Counted from the first letter of the stretch, positions 17,538 to 27,279 are shown. The stretch is 27,500 bases of DNA from Pseudomonadota bacterium (GCA_034439715.1 JAWXAY010000024.1:1-27500); one strand, 5' to 3'. Numbers and translations: made by a program. Notes: generated from the letters alone by a model not told the origin.

Positions 17538-18604
17538 TTGGGACCCTCTTTATGAACTTCATCAGGAAAAATCTTTTTCAAAAGCTTCATAATGTTTTTT
17601 TGCATTTCCGCGAGGTGGGGAGTCGTCAGGAGGTTTCGCATATAGGTTTGCATGGGGACTAAGGGGTAGCCCCCAAATTGACCGGGCTGGTGGTGACTTT
17701 GTCCAACCGTTGAGTGAGCAGCAATAGTGACATTGTCACTGACTTGTAGGTGGCCCGCAATTGTCGTTCTGCCGCCACAGACAAAGTTGTCACCGACCCT
17801 GATGGACCCTGCCGAAACAAAGCCTGCGGTAATCAAACAGTTTTTACCAAAGGTCGCGTTGTGGCCGAAGTGACAAAGATTATCAATCTTGGTGCCGTCA
17901 CCGAAATTTGAGTCGTCAATAGTGCCTCGATCGATCATCGTGCCAGCGCCAACTTCTACACGTTCACCCAATATCACGCGGCCCAAGTGGGGTTTATGAA
18001 TGTGACCGGCTTTATCGTGAGCGTAGCCAAACCCTTGGCTACCGATAGCCACGTGGGCTTGAATCACGCAGTCACGTCCAACCACGCAATTCATTCCGAC
18101 AAAAACAAAGGGGTATAATTTGCTATGGGCGCCAACTTTTGCGTCATTTTCAATCACACAATTTGACGAGATTTGGGCTCCCTCGCCTATTACGACATTT
18201 TCGCCAATAAATGAAAATGGGCCAATAGAAACGTTTTTTGAAATTTTTGCCGTCGAAGAAATATGCGCCCTTTCACTAATCGTGCCATTGCATGAACCCA
18301 TTAATTTAGGCGCAAAATATTCTCTTGAGATAAGCGCCATAGCCATTTCTGGATTAGGACTTAAGAGAAAAGTTTTTTTACTAGAAGGTGGCAGTTGGCT
18401 TTTGCAGTCGGATGGCACAACAATTGTCTGAGCTAAAGCGGCGTAAGCATCAGGCAACGCGGCAACTTTAAAAATAAAAAGGATATCATTGAGTTGGGAC
18501 TGCTGCAGGGAACCAATACCCGCTATGGTCGCATCAATATTTCCGATAACATCCAATATTAAATCAGGAAATTTTTCTCGTATTTCACGAACGCGTAATG
18601 CCAC
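17534..18604 (-). CDS. lpxD: UDP-3-O-acyl-glucosamine N-acyltransferase
   Basis: Hexapeptide repeats, IGSQGFGY, VEVGAGTMIDRG, TKIDNL.HFGHN. Confidence 0.93.
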   Translation of the reverse strand: MALRVREIREKFPDLILDVIGNIDATIAGIGSLQQSQLNDILFIFKVAALPDAYAALAQTIVVPSDCKSQLPPSSKKTFLLSPNPEMAMALISREYFAPKLMGSCNGTISERAHISSTAKISKNVSIGPFSFIGENVVIGEGAQISSNCVIENDAKVGAHSKLYPFVFVGMNCVVGRDCVIQAHVAIGSQGFGYAHDKAGHIHKPHLGRVILGERVEVGAGTMIDRGTIDDSNFGDGTKIDNLCHFGHNATFGKNCLITAGFVSAGSIRVGDNFVCGGRTTIAGHLQVSDNVTIAAHSTVGQSHHQPGQFGGYPLVPMQTYMRNLLTTPHLAEMQKNIMKLLKKIFPDEVHKEGPN

Positions 18605-18721
18605 CTGGGCCTCACTCTTATTTCAATGTCTGCACAGTTGATTCTAGTAAACAACAACTCTATCAGTTTTGCGAGCGACCAGTGAATAGCGCCATGCGCT
18701 AAGGCGTCCAAATCTTTAAAA

Positions 18722-18748
18722 TTGCAATCCTTAAGTTGTTGTTATAAT
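18722..18748 (+). promoter_or_regulatory. Extended -10 sigma-70 promoter
   Basis: TGtTATAAT at 18740-18748; TTGCAA 15 nt upstream of the -10. Confidence 0.5.
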
Positions 18749-18778
18749 TTGCTATTGCACAAAAGGGAGAAAATGCTT

Positions 18779-19153
18779 ATGAAAAAGGCAGTCAAAAAGA
18801 AGAAGATTTCGGTATCAGCTAGTACTGAGGTTATTAAAATAGAGCCCGTTTTGAAACCAAAAGTTAAGAAAGTAAGTCCGAAGGTAAGCAGAATTGGCCC
18901 CGACGGTTTAAAGTTGACCAAACCTTCAGTGTCCGCTGAAGAGCAAAAGCTTATTAATAAATGGACGCAACTTTTTGAAAAGGCGAAAGAAGAGAGCCCC
19001 GCCGCCTATGACATGACTCGTGATTTTCCTCCTAAGTCGGCGCTAAAGCATAAAATTCTCGGCTGGGGATATGTGCTTTCTAGTCATAACAATCGTATCG
19101 AAGTTTTATTTGAAAACGGCATTAAAACCCTCATTTCCAATTATAAGGAATAA
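18779..19153 (+). CDS. Basic hypothetical protein with C-terminal Tudor-like beta domain
   Basis: GGGAGA SD; Lys-rich N-terminus; Y.....F.....L.H..LG.GYV......IEVLF..G.K.L resembles PcrA/UvrD C-terminal Tudor. Confidence 0.7.
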   Translation: MKKAVKKKKISVSASTEVIKIEPVLKPKVKKVSPKVSRIGPDGLKLTKPSVSAEEQKLINKWTQLFEKAKEESPAAYDMTRDFPPKSALKHKILGWGYVLSSHNNRIEVLFENGIKTLISNYKE

Positions 19154-19156
19154 TTA

Positions 19157-19375
19157 ATGTCAAAAGAAGATCTGGCACAATTAGATGGAAAAGTAATGGA
19201 TGCTTTAGCCGGAGGAATTTATAAAATTAAGCTTGATAATGGAATTGAGATTACCGCCAAATTGTGCGGTAAGATGCGACGATTTAATATACGGGTCGTC
19301 CTGGGCGATAAGGTGACCGTGGGGGTTTCTCCGTATGATCCCACACATGGGCTAATCATGTACCGACACAAATAA
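19157..19375 (+). CDS. infA: Translation initiation factor IF-1
   Basis: 72 aa; GKMRRFNIRVVLGDKV.V.VSPYD..HG.IMYR. Confidence 0.97.
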   Translation: MSKEDLAQLDGKVMDALAGGIYKIKLDNGIEITAKLCGKMRRFNIRVVLGDKVTVGVSPYDPTHGLIMYRHK

Positions 19376-19385
19376 TATTTTTTAT

Positions 19386-21848
19386 ATGCTAGAACTAAAA
19401 TTCCAAGAATTTTCGAAAAAGTTTCTACCGGCCCTAAAGGCAAAATCAATTGCTTCAGTTTTGGATTTGGTAAAAGAAGGTGCGACCGTCCCCTTTATCG
19501 CTCGCTATCGAAAAGAAAAAACAGGAAATCTCGATGAAGTAAACATTCGTAGTATCCTAAAGGCGCATGAGAATTTTGAAGAACTCGAAAAAAGAAGAAG
19601 CCATATTTTAAAAGAGATAGAAGAGCAGGGAAATCTCACTGCGGAGCTTAAGAAAAGTATTTTAACGACGGACGATCTCATAGAGCTCGATGAAATCTAT
19701 CGACCTTTCAAGCGAAAAAAGAAGACAAAAGCTACTTTGGCCCGCGAAGCCGGACTTTTGGAACTCGCAGATTGGCTTTGGGAGTTGGGACATGGTGGGA
19801 CTGACAACACTGCCATTGAAGTTAAAGCAAAACAATATCTTAACGCTGCGGCGGGAATTGTAACCTACGAGTTGGCACTTAAAGGTGCTCAAGACATTAT
19901 TACCGAAAGGGCCACGAATGACCCGGGTCTACGAGCACTGGTACGTGAGCACCTATCTGAAAAAGGAAAGATATTTTCTAAAAAAACTAAAAAATTTAAA
20001 CCGCATTCTAAATTCTCTATGTACGCCGAGTTTAGCGATTCGGTTAAAAACCTACAAAATGAAAAAGCCTCGCATCGATATTTGGCACTCAGAAGAGGAT
20101 GGCATGAGGGCGAACTCACCGTAACACTCGAAGGTAACAGCGACTTCATGCTCGGGGAGTTTAACAAGTTTATTTGCCCTAAACCAACGGCTACCATTGA
20201 ACCTCTTTTGCATGAAGCGGCAAAGTTGTCGTTGACGGCTCATGTGGCTCCTTCAATTGTAAATCAAATTCATGGTCATTTAAAAGAAGTTGCTGATGAT
20301 CACGCCATTCAAGTATTTTCTGAAAACCTACGTAAACTTTTAATGGCGAGTCCCTTTGGTAATCGCTGTGTTTTAGGCGTTGATCCCGGATTTAGAACAG
20401 GCTGTAAAATCGCGCTAATTGATCCGCAAGGAAACTATATTTCACACACTATACTTCATACTGTCGGTGCCGACGCTGAGGATAAAGCAAAGGCATTACT
20501 GCAAGATGTCTTAAAGCAAATTAAAATAGAAGCCTTGGCCGTCGGTAATGGTACCGGCGGACGTGAAGCCGAAATTTTCTTTCGAAAAATACTAAAGGAT
20601 TTGAATTCTGAGGTTCCCGTAGTTTTGGTCAGTGAAGCGGGGGCAAGTATTTACTCGGCAAGTGAAATTGCCCGTGAGGAATTTCCAAATCTTGACGTGA
20701 GTGTCCGGGGAGCGGTGTCAATTGCGCGAAGACTTCAGGATCCTCTTGCTGAACTCGTCAAAATTGATCCTAAAAGTATTGGTGTGGGCCAGTATCAGCA
20801 TGATGTTAGCCAAAACGAACTTAAAAAAACTCTGCATGGCGTAGTGGAGTCGAGCGTTAACCAAGTGGGTGTCAATCTTAATACCGCGTCAGCGGCGCTA
20901 CTAAGCTATGTTGCGGGAATTGGCCCGGCTATTGCGCAAAATGTGGTACAGTTTAGAAAAGAGCATGGGCCATTTTCAGAACGAACTGATCTCCAAAAAG
21001 TACCGCAGTTTAGCTCTAAAACTTTTGAACAATCTGCTGGATTCTTAAGAATTTTTGGCGGGAAAATTTTTCTCGACGCCACAGGTATCCATCCTGAGCG
21101 CTATTCGGTTGTTCGCGACATGGCGAGCGACGTGAACTTAACTCCTACCCAATTGGTGGGAGAAAAAACGCTAGGCCTTGTTGAAAAAAGAGATAAATGG
21201 ATTGGTCTCATTGGTGAATTTACCTTTGATGATATCGTTAATGAATTAAAGAAACCTGGTCGCGATCCCCGTCCTGAGTTTAAAACCGTGGCGTTTAGAG
21301 AAGATATTCACGAAGTGAAGGATTTAAAACCCGGCATGCTTTGTCCGGGTGTTGTGACCAACGTTACTAACTTTGGTGCGTTTGTGGACGTGGGTGTAAG
21401 GCAAGATGGTTTGGTGCATATTTCAGAAATCAGCCATCAGTTTGTCAACGACCCGCGAAAATTTTTAAGCCCTGGCGACGTGGTGAAAGTAAAAGTACTG
21501 TCCATTGACCTAGATAAGCCACAAATTTCGCTCACCATGAAACTGGAACCAATGCCACAGGTGCAACAACCACCGCGCCAAGAGCGCCCTCGTGCTCCAC
21601 GGCCCCAACCACCACCACAACAATCGCGGCCGCAAGGACCACAACAGCGTCCGCAGGGGCCACGACCGCAAGGTGATGGTGGTGGTAGACCTACCCAAAA
21701 ATTTTCTAGAAATAATGATAGGAATGGTCCGCGTCGCGATAATCGTCAAGATTCGCGCCGACCTCCGCCAAGGCCGGCTCAACCCAAGATGATCTTGAAT
21801 AATCCCTTTGCGGAATTGGCTGCACTTAGAGATAAACTTAAAAAGTAG
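19386..21848 (+). CDS. tex: Tex-family RNA-binding protein
   Basis: GATVPFIARYRKEKTG, GVDPGFRTGCK, EAGASIYSAS, HhH motifs, S1 domain; P/Q/R-rich tail. Confidence 0.96.
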   Translation: MLELKFQEFSKKFLPALKAKSIASVLDLVKEGATVPFIARYRKEKTGNLDEVNIRSILKAHENFEELEKRRSHILKEIEEQGNLTAELKKSILTTDDLIELDEIYRPFKRKKKTKATLAREAGLLELADWLWELGHGGTDNTAIEVKAKQYLNAAAGIVTYELALKGAQDIITERATNDPGLRALVREHLSEKGKIFSKKTKKFKPHSKFSMYAEFSDSVKNLQNEKASHRYLALRRGWHEGELTVTLEGNSDFMLGEFNKFICPKPTATIEPLLHEAAKLSLTAHVAPSIVNQIHGHLKEVADDHAIQVFSENLRKLLMASPFGNRCVLGVDPGFRTGCKIALIDPQGNYISHTILHTVGADAEDKAKALLQDVLKQIKIEALAVGNGTGGREAEIFFRKILKDLNSEVPVVLVSEAGASIYSASEIAREEFPNLDVSVRGAVSIARRLQDPLAELVKIDPKSIGVGQYQHDVSQNELKKTLHGVVESSVNQVGVNLNTASAALLSYVAGIGPAIAQNVVQFRKEHGPFSERTDLQKVPQFSSKTFEQSAGFLRIFGGKIFLDATGIHPERYSVVRDMASDVNLTPTQLVGEKTLGLVEKRDKWIGLIGEFTFDDIVNELKKPGRDPRPEFKTVAFREDIHEVKDLKPGMLCPGVVTNVTNFGAFVDVGVRQDGLVHISEISHQFVNDPRKFLSPGDVVKVKVLSIDLDKPQISLTMKLEPMPQVQQPPRQERPRAPRPQPPPQQSRPQGPQQRPQGPRPQGDGGGRPTQKFSRNNDRNGPRRDNRQDSRRPPPRPAQPKMILNNPFAELAALRDKLKK

Positions 21849-21879
21849 TTTGTGTAGGTAAGTCGAGATACCGACGCAA

Positions 21880-22371
21880 CTAAAACCCACAACGCATATT
21901 CGCCATTAAATTTTGAACAGCAGTAAGTTTGTCATTTAACGACTCATTTAAATAATACTCTAAACAGGTAGTAAGATTCTGACAGGTTTTAGCCTTAATC
22001 TCTACCGGGGATAATATAATTTTCTCAAACGTGGCAGGAATAGTTTTAGTGCCTTGAACTAGAGTTGTTCCTTGATAGTCAAAGTTGCCCCTACGGCAGA
22101 AGGATCTTTCTGAAAGGATTTTGCAACTAGTGTAACCCTTTGCATAACAAAAATTTAATGCTTCCTTATGTTCATATGCACAGTGAACCGGGACATCCTT
22201 AGTTATAATTATCTCTTCTGAAATCTTGATGGTCTCAACTGCTTCGGGTGCAAATTTACAATTTCCGTTTAAATCGATCACTCCAAATCGATCGTTACTA
22301 TATGCATTGGGTGGTATTAGGAATACCATACAAATCAGTGCGACACTGTTTATTAATAATAATGCTTTCAT
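21880..22371 (-). CDS. Secreted Cys-rich hypothetical protein
   Basis: AAGGAG SD, signal peptide, many Cys. Confidence 0.75.
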   Translation of the reverse strand: MKALLLINSVALICMVFLIPPNAYSNDRFGVIDLNGNCKFAPEAVETIKISEEIIITKDVPVHCAYEHKEALNFCYAKGYTSCKILSERSFCRRGNFDYQGTTLVQGTKTIPATFEKIILSPVEIKAKTCQNLTTCLEYYLNESLNDKLTAVQNLMANMRCGF

Positions 22372-22443
22372 GTTAATCTCCTTTTAAAAATTAATTGTAA
22401 CGGTTCGTCTACTTGTTCAGCTCGCGGCTGTGGCCGGTACTTT

Positions 22444-22812
22444 CTAAAGTTGGCACTGAATTTTCACGCTCGCCGAAACATAGGTTTCACGTTGGTATTT
22501 AAGGCTATCAACGTATAAACATCTGGATGAACCTTTAATTTCCGCACACGCTGCTTCTGCATCATCTATGGCTCGATTAGCCGAAAATCGCAAGAAGCAC
22601 TCCGGACTCTCAAAGCACTCAATCATTAAATCAAGGCCAGGCTTAAAATACGTTTCACCCGACACATCCTTTATGTTACTCGATCCTGCAGGGATTTCAT
22701 GACAATAGTCAATAGCATGAGCCGTGCTATTTAAAATTATCAACCCCAAAAAAAAGACAGTAGACGAACTTAAAACGCGAGTGAAGCTAGATACTTTTAC
22801 AAAGTTTTTCAT
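22444..22812 (-). CDS. Secreted Cys-rich hypothetical protein
   Basis: AAAGGA SD, signal ending AHA, six Cys. Confidence 0.7.
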   Translation of the reverse strand: MKNFVKVSSFTRVLSSSTVFFLGLIILNSTAHAIDYCHEIPAGSSNIKDVSGETYFKPGLDLMIECFESPECFLRFSANRAIDDAEAACAEIKGSSRCLYVDSLKYQRETYVSASVKIQCQL

Positions 22813-22961
22813 AATTATTCCTTTCGTTGTTTGTTACAGCTCTATTTTTACAATAGTTGATAACGTAGGACAACTTACTTCAAATTACTTGTGTGGGCCT
22901 ATAGGGTTGTGACAGGTCTTTTGGGCGTATAGTTTTGCAGCCACACAGGCCTCGTCGGCCG

Positions 22962-23255
22962 TCAGCCTTTCCGAGTCAAAGATGAAGGGGGGACTTTAAA
23001 TTGTTTCTTAAAGGCTCGCGAAAATGCCGCGAAATCCGCGTACCCAACGAGAATCGCCACATCACTCACCTGTTAATCACCTGACTTGAGGAGACGATAA
23101 GCTTCGTCCAAGCGCCGCCTTTTGATAAAAGCATAGGGGCTACATTTGTAGGATTTTCTGAAACTGACCCAAGACCTGCTCGACGGAAAACCCGCCTATA
23201 CGCCAGTAGAATTTAAAAAATCAATGCTCCCTGAGGGTTAGATTCGATGATGTAA
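22962..23255 (-). pseudogene. AraC-family regulator remnant (HTH domain)
   Basis: Manual translation FRKSYKCSPYAFIKRRRLDEAYRLLKSGD*QVSDVAILVGYADFAAFSRAFKKQFKVPPS; internal TAA at 23073-23075; upstream part frameshifted, 5' limit approximate. Confidence 0.8.
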
Positions 23256-23289
23256 GATGAATTTAACCAAAGCTGACGTTGGGCGAGAG

Positions 23290-23835
23290 AAATTGAAAAC
23301 TGTCTAAAAAATGGGATAGGGTCACCGTCACTGTCAGTGGCAAAAACTCCGCCGGGAGCGAGAGAGTGAAAGTGCACGTTAAGATTACGCTCCCACCAAA
23401 TCTTTGAATGGCGGTAACGGCGGCGCAGTTTATTTTGCCGCTGATTTCATTTGTTCTCGCCTGCGCGATATAGAATCCATCAATGACTCGTAAATAGATC
23501 TGATGGCTTTTAGTAATATGCTTGGGGTTTTTGGCAAGGATAAACCGAATCGGAAACGGAAAGCTCAAAACCCACTGCCTGATTGGGAGTTTTGGGAGGA
23601 CGTGGTCGACTAAGAACACGGCGGTTTCGTTCATCCGGCGCCCCATACAGGCGGGGCAAAACCCACGGCCTCGGCATGCGAAGGCCACAAGTTTTTCGTC
23701 GTGGCATTTCGTGCACGCAACTCTTAAAAATTCTTTTACGACGTGCGCGGGTAAGGGTTTATCTTGCAGCTCAATAATCTTGAGAAATGTGTTGAGGTTA
23801 TCCTGAACCACTTTGTAGAGGACGGTGTGATCCGA
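23290..23835 (-). mobile_element. IS91/ISCR-family (Y2/HUH) transposase pseudogene, 5' part; ends approximate
   Basis: HTVLYKVVQDN, C..C..EKLVAFACRGRGFCPACMGRRM zinc motif, P.RQWVLSFP, IQRFGG; after a frameshift NLNVHFHSL..GGVF (HUH motif). Confidence 0.88.
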
Positions 23836-23892
23836 AGCCGCCCAAAAGGGGGACCTTGCCGGCCACGAGGCAAATGCTGGTTACTTTTCCTG

Positions 23893-23925
23893 TGGTTAGG
23901 TGGGCAAGCGGAGGCAACCTAACCA
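23893..23925. terminator. Inverted repeat TGGTTAGGT...ACCTAACCA
   Basis: 9-bp perfect arms just after the stop of the 23929-24441 ORF; no U-tract, so it may instead be an IS-end structure. Confidence 0.35.
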
Positions 23926-23928
23926 GTA

Positions 23929-24441
23929 TTACTTTGCCGTAGGGGTGAGGCTAGTCCCATCAATCTCGTATTGAGGTGCCGGAGGACTATTAGGTCTTTG
24001 AGCCGGATCAATTACATTTGAAATAGCTTCTGTGTTGTGTTTTGAACCTGAATTATTACAGGTGGCCTTCTGAATTTGCAATTCCTTTTTTAGGTCACTA
24101 ATCTTTGATACAAGCTTTTTTCTTTCAGTTGAGTTTTTCGAAATCTTTACTATAAGCTTTCGACGAGTTTCTGCATTAATTTCTCCAGCAGGTTCTCTAC
24201 ACAGGGTATCTATTTCCTGTGTGCTAAATCTATATTTTTTTAATTTAGACTTATCTTCTTTTGTACAATTTCCTTCATTTTCATTTCGGTCAGATTCAAG
24301 TTTGCATAAATCACTTATTGCCGTTGCCGAAAACCCCTCGTCCAACAGGTCCCTAATTTCATCGCCGCTGCAGGACCCGATATCCGCATATAGCTCTCCC
24401 GAGAAAAATATAAAGAATAGAACAGGAAGATACCTCATCAT
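23929..24441 (-). CDS. Secreted protein with two Cys-bounded helical repeats and a coiled coil
   Basis: Signal peptide; CSGDEIRDLLDEGFSATAISDLC and CTKEDKSKLKKYRFSTQEIDTLC. Confidence 0.7.
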   Translation of the reverse strand: MMRYLPVLFFIFFSGELYADIGSCSGDEIRDLLDEGFSATAISDLCKLESDRNENEGNCTKEDKSKLKKYRFSTQEIDTLCREPAGEINAETRRKLIVKISKNSTERKKLVSKISDLKKELQIQKATCNNSGSKHNTEAISNVIDPAQRPNSPPAPQYEIDGTSLTPTAK

Positions 24442-24757
24442 GATTTCTTTTTCGTCTTTTGCCTTACAATTCTTTAATGAGTCTCTATTTACGCTAGGCT
24501 AATGTCGTGTCTTCAATGTGGCCGCGAGCCAAATCCTTGTAACATGCCACCAGATCAATTTTATGAGGACTTGTGTTGGTAAAAACTCTTCAGTCCTAGA
24601 AGGCTCAAAATAATGGCTTTTTGGATTAATTTGGAAAATTCTTGAGAAGCAAAACATGGCCATAAAGCCCTTCCCCCGAATATCAGGCCAGAGTAGTAGC
24701 AAGATTTTTACGGGAGAAGTCACACGCTTTGGCCACTATCGCGGGCCTTAAATGTCA

Positions 24758-24785
24758 AAAGGCAAACCGAGGTTGGTTTGCCTTT
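24758..24785. terminator. Terminator-like hairpin
   Basis: AAAGGCAAACC-gaggtt-GGTTTGCCTTT, 11-bp stem about 150 bp downstream of the 24937 stop. Confidence 0.55.
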
Positions 24786-24936
24786 GCGATGCTACTTAGA
24801 TTTTAGCCGTTTTTGAAGTGACTTATGGCCGAAAAATCCTGCGACAACTAAGAGCCTAATTTAACTTGAAAAGTAATTTCGACTACGATTCAAGATTTTT
24901 TAGTCTGAAACTTAAGAAAAATAGTGGAACGATCCA

Positions 24937-25581
24937 TTACATTGGGGTGTTTTGAAGTCCACTCATTATTTGATAGTCTCCCCCCCTTTCATAGGCGGAT
25001 TCGATGAGTGATCGTTTCATTTCGTAAATCTTTCCATCAATTGATTTGAAAAGAAATCCATCCTTGGTTTTAGAAATCTTAGCAACCATGTTAATATCAT
25101 CTCTTTTCAACCGAATATTAAATTGAATAAAGTCATTGGGGTTTTCTGCTGTCAACAAATCGAGTCTTATTAGAAAGTTACTATAAACAAGGGGTATCCT
25201 CTTCTCTGGATGAATATTCGTATTGAACAGCACAATATGGGAGATATTTATTTTCGAATTTGTAATAGTGCGTATTCCACTTTCAGTTAGAATAGTCATC
25301 GAATCGTAGTCCTGTTTTAAAATGATACCCTCAACCAATTGCTCTCCATTTTCTTTTGAGGCAAGCTTAATAGAAATGCCCCTCCCTTCCTGCACATTGA
25401 GAGCGTCAATATCCAACAACTTAGAAACAAACATAACGCTTGAACATTGACTAAAAAAACAAAACTTTCCCGATTCTACAGGCGTTTGTCTTTCAATATT
25501 TGAAAACGAATCAGAACAGGTAAGTGCCGCAACTTGTGACCCAGTGGCTAATATATATACAATTATTATCAATATACGCAT
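24937..25581 (-). CDS. Secreted hypothetical protein
   Basis: ATG 25581 with GGAG SD; signal peptide, then LTCSDSF. Confidence 0.7.
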   Translation of the reverse strand: MRILIIIVYILATGSQVAALTCSDSFSNIERQTPVESGKFCFFSQCSSVMFVSKLLDIDALNVQEGRGISIKLASKENGEQLVEGIILKQDYDSMTILTESGIRTITNSKINISHIVLFNTNIHPEKRIPLVYSNFLIRLDLLTAENPNDFIQFNIRLKRDDINMVAKISKTKDGFLFKSIDGKIYEMKRSLIESAYERGGDYQIMSGLQNTPM

Positions 25582-25606
25582 AACGTCTCCATACGGTGGG
25601 AGAAAA

Positions 25607-25622
25607 TGCAAATACTATGCCT
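25607..25622 (-). promoter_or_regulatory. sigma-54 (-24/-12) promoter candidate
   Basis: AGGCATAGTATTTGCA: GG-N10-GC, 25 nt upstream of ATG 25581. Confidence 0.5.
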
Positions 25623-25929
25623 AAAGTTCGTCCCGAATTGCTTTATTGAAAATCGTCCAATAAGGAAATCTCCATGAGACTAATTCAGCTCAATTTTACG
25701 CTGGGTTATGGCGATAATAAGGCCCCTGTCCTAGATAAGTGCGCTTTAATGGTTTTTAAGAGTAAGCGAGATTTGAGTGATCGGTGGCTATAACCAAAAC
25801 CGCAAAAAGCTAACGCTGAGAATTCGGTTTATTTTGCATTGTATTGTGCAATTCTGTAAGCAAAATAGATAGTACGATCTTTAAATGCAAAAGCCCCAGA
25901 AGGATTTGATTCTAAGTGTTTGATGAAAT

Positions 25930-27279
25930 TTAGTTCGGAAGAAACGACCGATGAATATTTGAGTTTCCACCCAATCCATCACGAAGAAATTCAACGACTT
26001 CAGGGTCGAAGTCAAGATCTCTTAGCCCCCCTTGAATAAGACGCTCAACGGGCATATCATTTACTGAGCGCCACATAAAAAATTCCATTCGAGCAACGTA
26101 TAAGCGCAAAAGTTCCAAGACAATCTCTCGGCTGCGCGCTAAAGGGTGGAGAGTTTTAGTAGGCACCTGGTCCAAATCCTGTTTGGGACCAAAAAGCTCA
26201 GGGAAATCAGAACGCACTCCTGCAGAAAAAAGATTAGTAAGATAACTTGCATACTCTACTGGTGAAAGCTTCAATGTTTGTACCAGCTCTAAGAGAGTTA
26301 CAGAAAAGTGAGTCGGTGATTCTCGCCACATTCGATCAAGACCATGCCCTTTTGATTTTTCCAGCAACATATAAAAATAATTGTCACCACCAGTGAAATG
26401 ACGATTATTAATCTTTTCATTGGTTTTGGTCACTCCACCGCCAAAATCAACTAAAAAGTGGGAATAATTTGTAGCCAATTTTTCAGCGTGAGCTAGGAGT
26501 GCATCTTCCGATAGTTGATCAATGACAAATTTATAGCCTGCAAAACTCTTAGGATTTCCCGATAATTTTTTTGGTGTCAGTAAAAAATTTAGTATTTCTG
26601 ATTTTTTAGCGAGATTGCCAGTAGAAAGAAACTCAGCGAAAAAATTTGCTCTTAATAAATTTTTTCCTTCCACCAATGGGTGTTTGATGCTATCGATTCC
26701 TTTTCTGAGAGAAATCATATAGTCCGGATTATTTAAAAAAGATACAAAGTGAAATAAGTCATGTGAATCTCTGGTTAAAGGGAACCGACCTCTTCCCATT
26801 TCTGGAATGACATACCTTCCAAGAGCTTGGCTGTCCCCCCATAATTGGTAATCAGCTGGCCACTCATCCACCCCAGGAGTGATAAGGCGCACATCAAGTT
26901 GTCCCTTCTCGTTAATCGCGTGAAGAGCCAATGCCGGCAAAATGGCTTCGTCTAAGGCGATATTGCGTTTTTTAATTTCGCTTAAATAATTTTTAACGAA
27001 TTCTCTGTAGGTGGGAGCACTAACTTTTCCGTGTTCGAAACTAAAACCAAGTACGTTCAGTGCCGAGATTTTCTCGCTTCCCAGTGATGGATCAGTCTGA
27101 ATTTTTATCCACTCTTTTTGAAGGGCGTCGCTCCAACGCTCTTGGGCCTTAGAATCATATCTGTCAAATTCCTTTATAAATTTAGTACTGGAATTAAAAA
27201 TGTCGGCACACGTAAACGCTTTCCCAGAAACGCTTAAGAAAACCGTGGTTAAAATGAAAAAGAGGTTTACCAAAGACAT
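25930..27279 (-). CDS. Secreted 449-aa hypothetical protein with HDxxH motif
   Basis: Long ORF, signal peptide, then FTCADIF; SHDLFHF...NFFAE. Confidence 0.8.
   Translation of the reverse strand: MSLVNLFFILTTVFLSVSGKAFTCADIFNSSTKFIKEFDRYDSKAQERWSDALQKEWIKIQTDPSLGSEKISALNVLGFSFEHGKVSAPTYREFVKNYLSEIKKRNIALDEAILPALALHAINEKGQLDVRLITPGVDEWPADYQLWGDSQALGRYVIPEMGRGRFPLTRDSHDLFHFVSFLNNPDYMISLRKGIDSIKHPLVEGKNLLRANFFAEFLSTGNLAKKSEILNFLLTPKKLSGNPKSFAGYKFVIDQLSEDALLAHAEKLATNYSHFLVDFGGGVTKTNEKINNRHFTGGDNYFYMLLEKSKGHGLDRMWRESPTHFSVTLLELVQTLKLSPVEYASYLTNLFSAGVRSDFPELFGPKQDLDQVPTKTLHPLARSREIVLELLRLYVARMEFFMWRSVNDMPVERLIQGGLRDLDFDPEVVEFLRDGLGGNSNIHRSFLPN

Noticed and set aside
23890..23928. GTTAGGT/ACCTAAC as an integron attC site
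   Set aside because: The boxes are in the wrong order and too close, with no repeated attC sites or integrase nearby.
24499..24723. 74-aa minus-strand ORF
   Set aside because: No SD, motif or protein-like composition.
24755..24800. GGCAAACC as a c-di-GMP-I riboswitch
   Set aside because: No GAAA tetraloop or CGCAAAG/P3 follows; it pairs as a simple hairpin.
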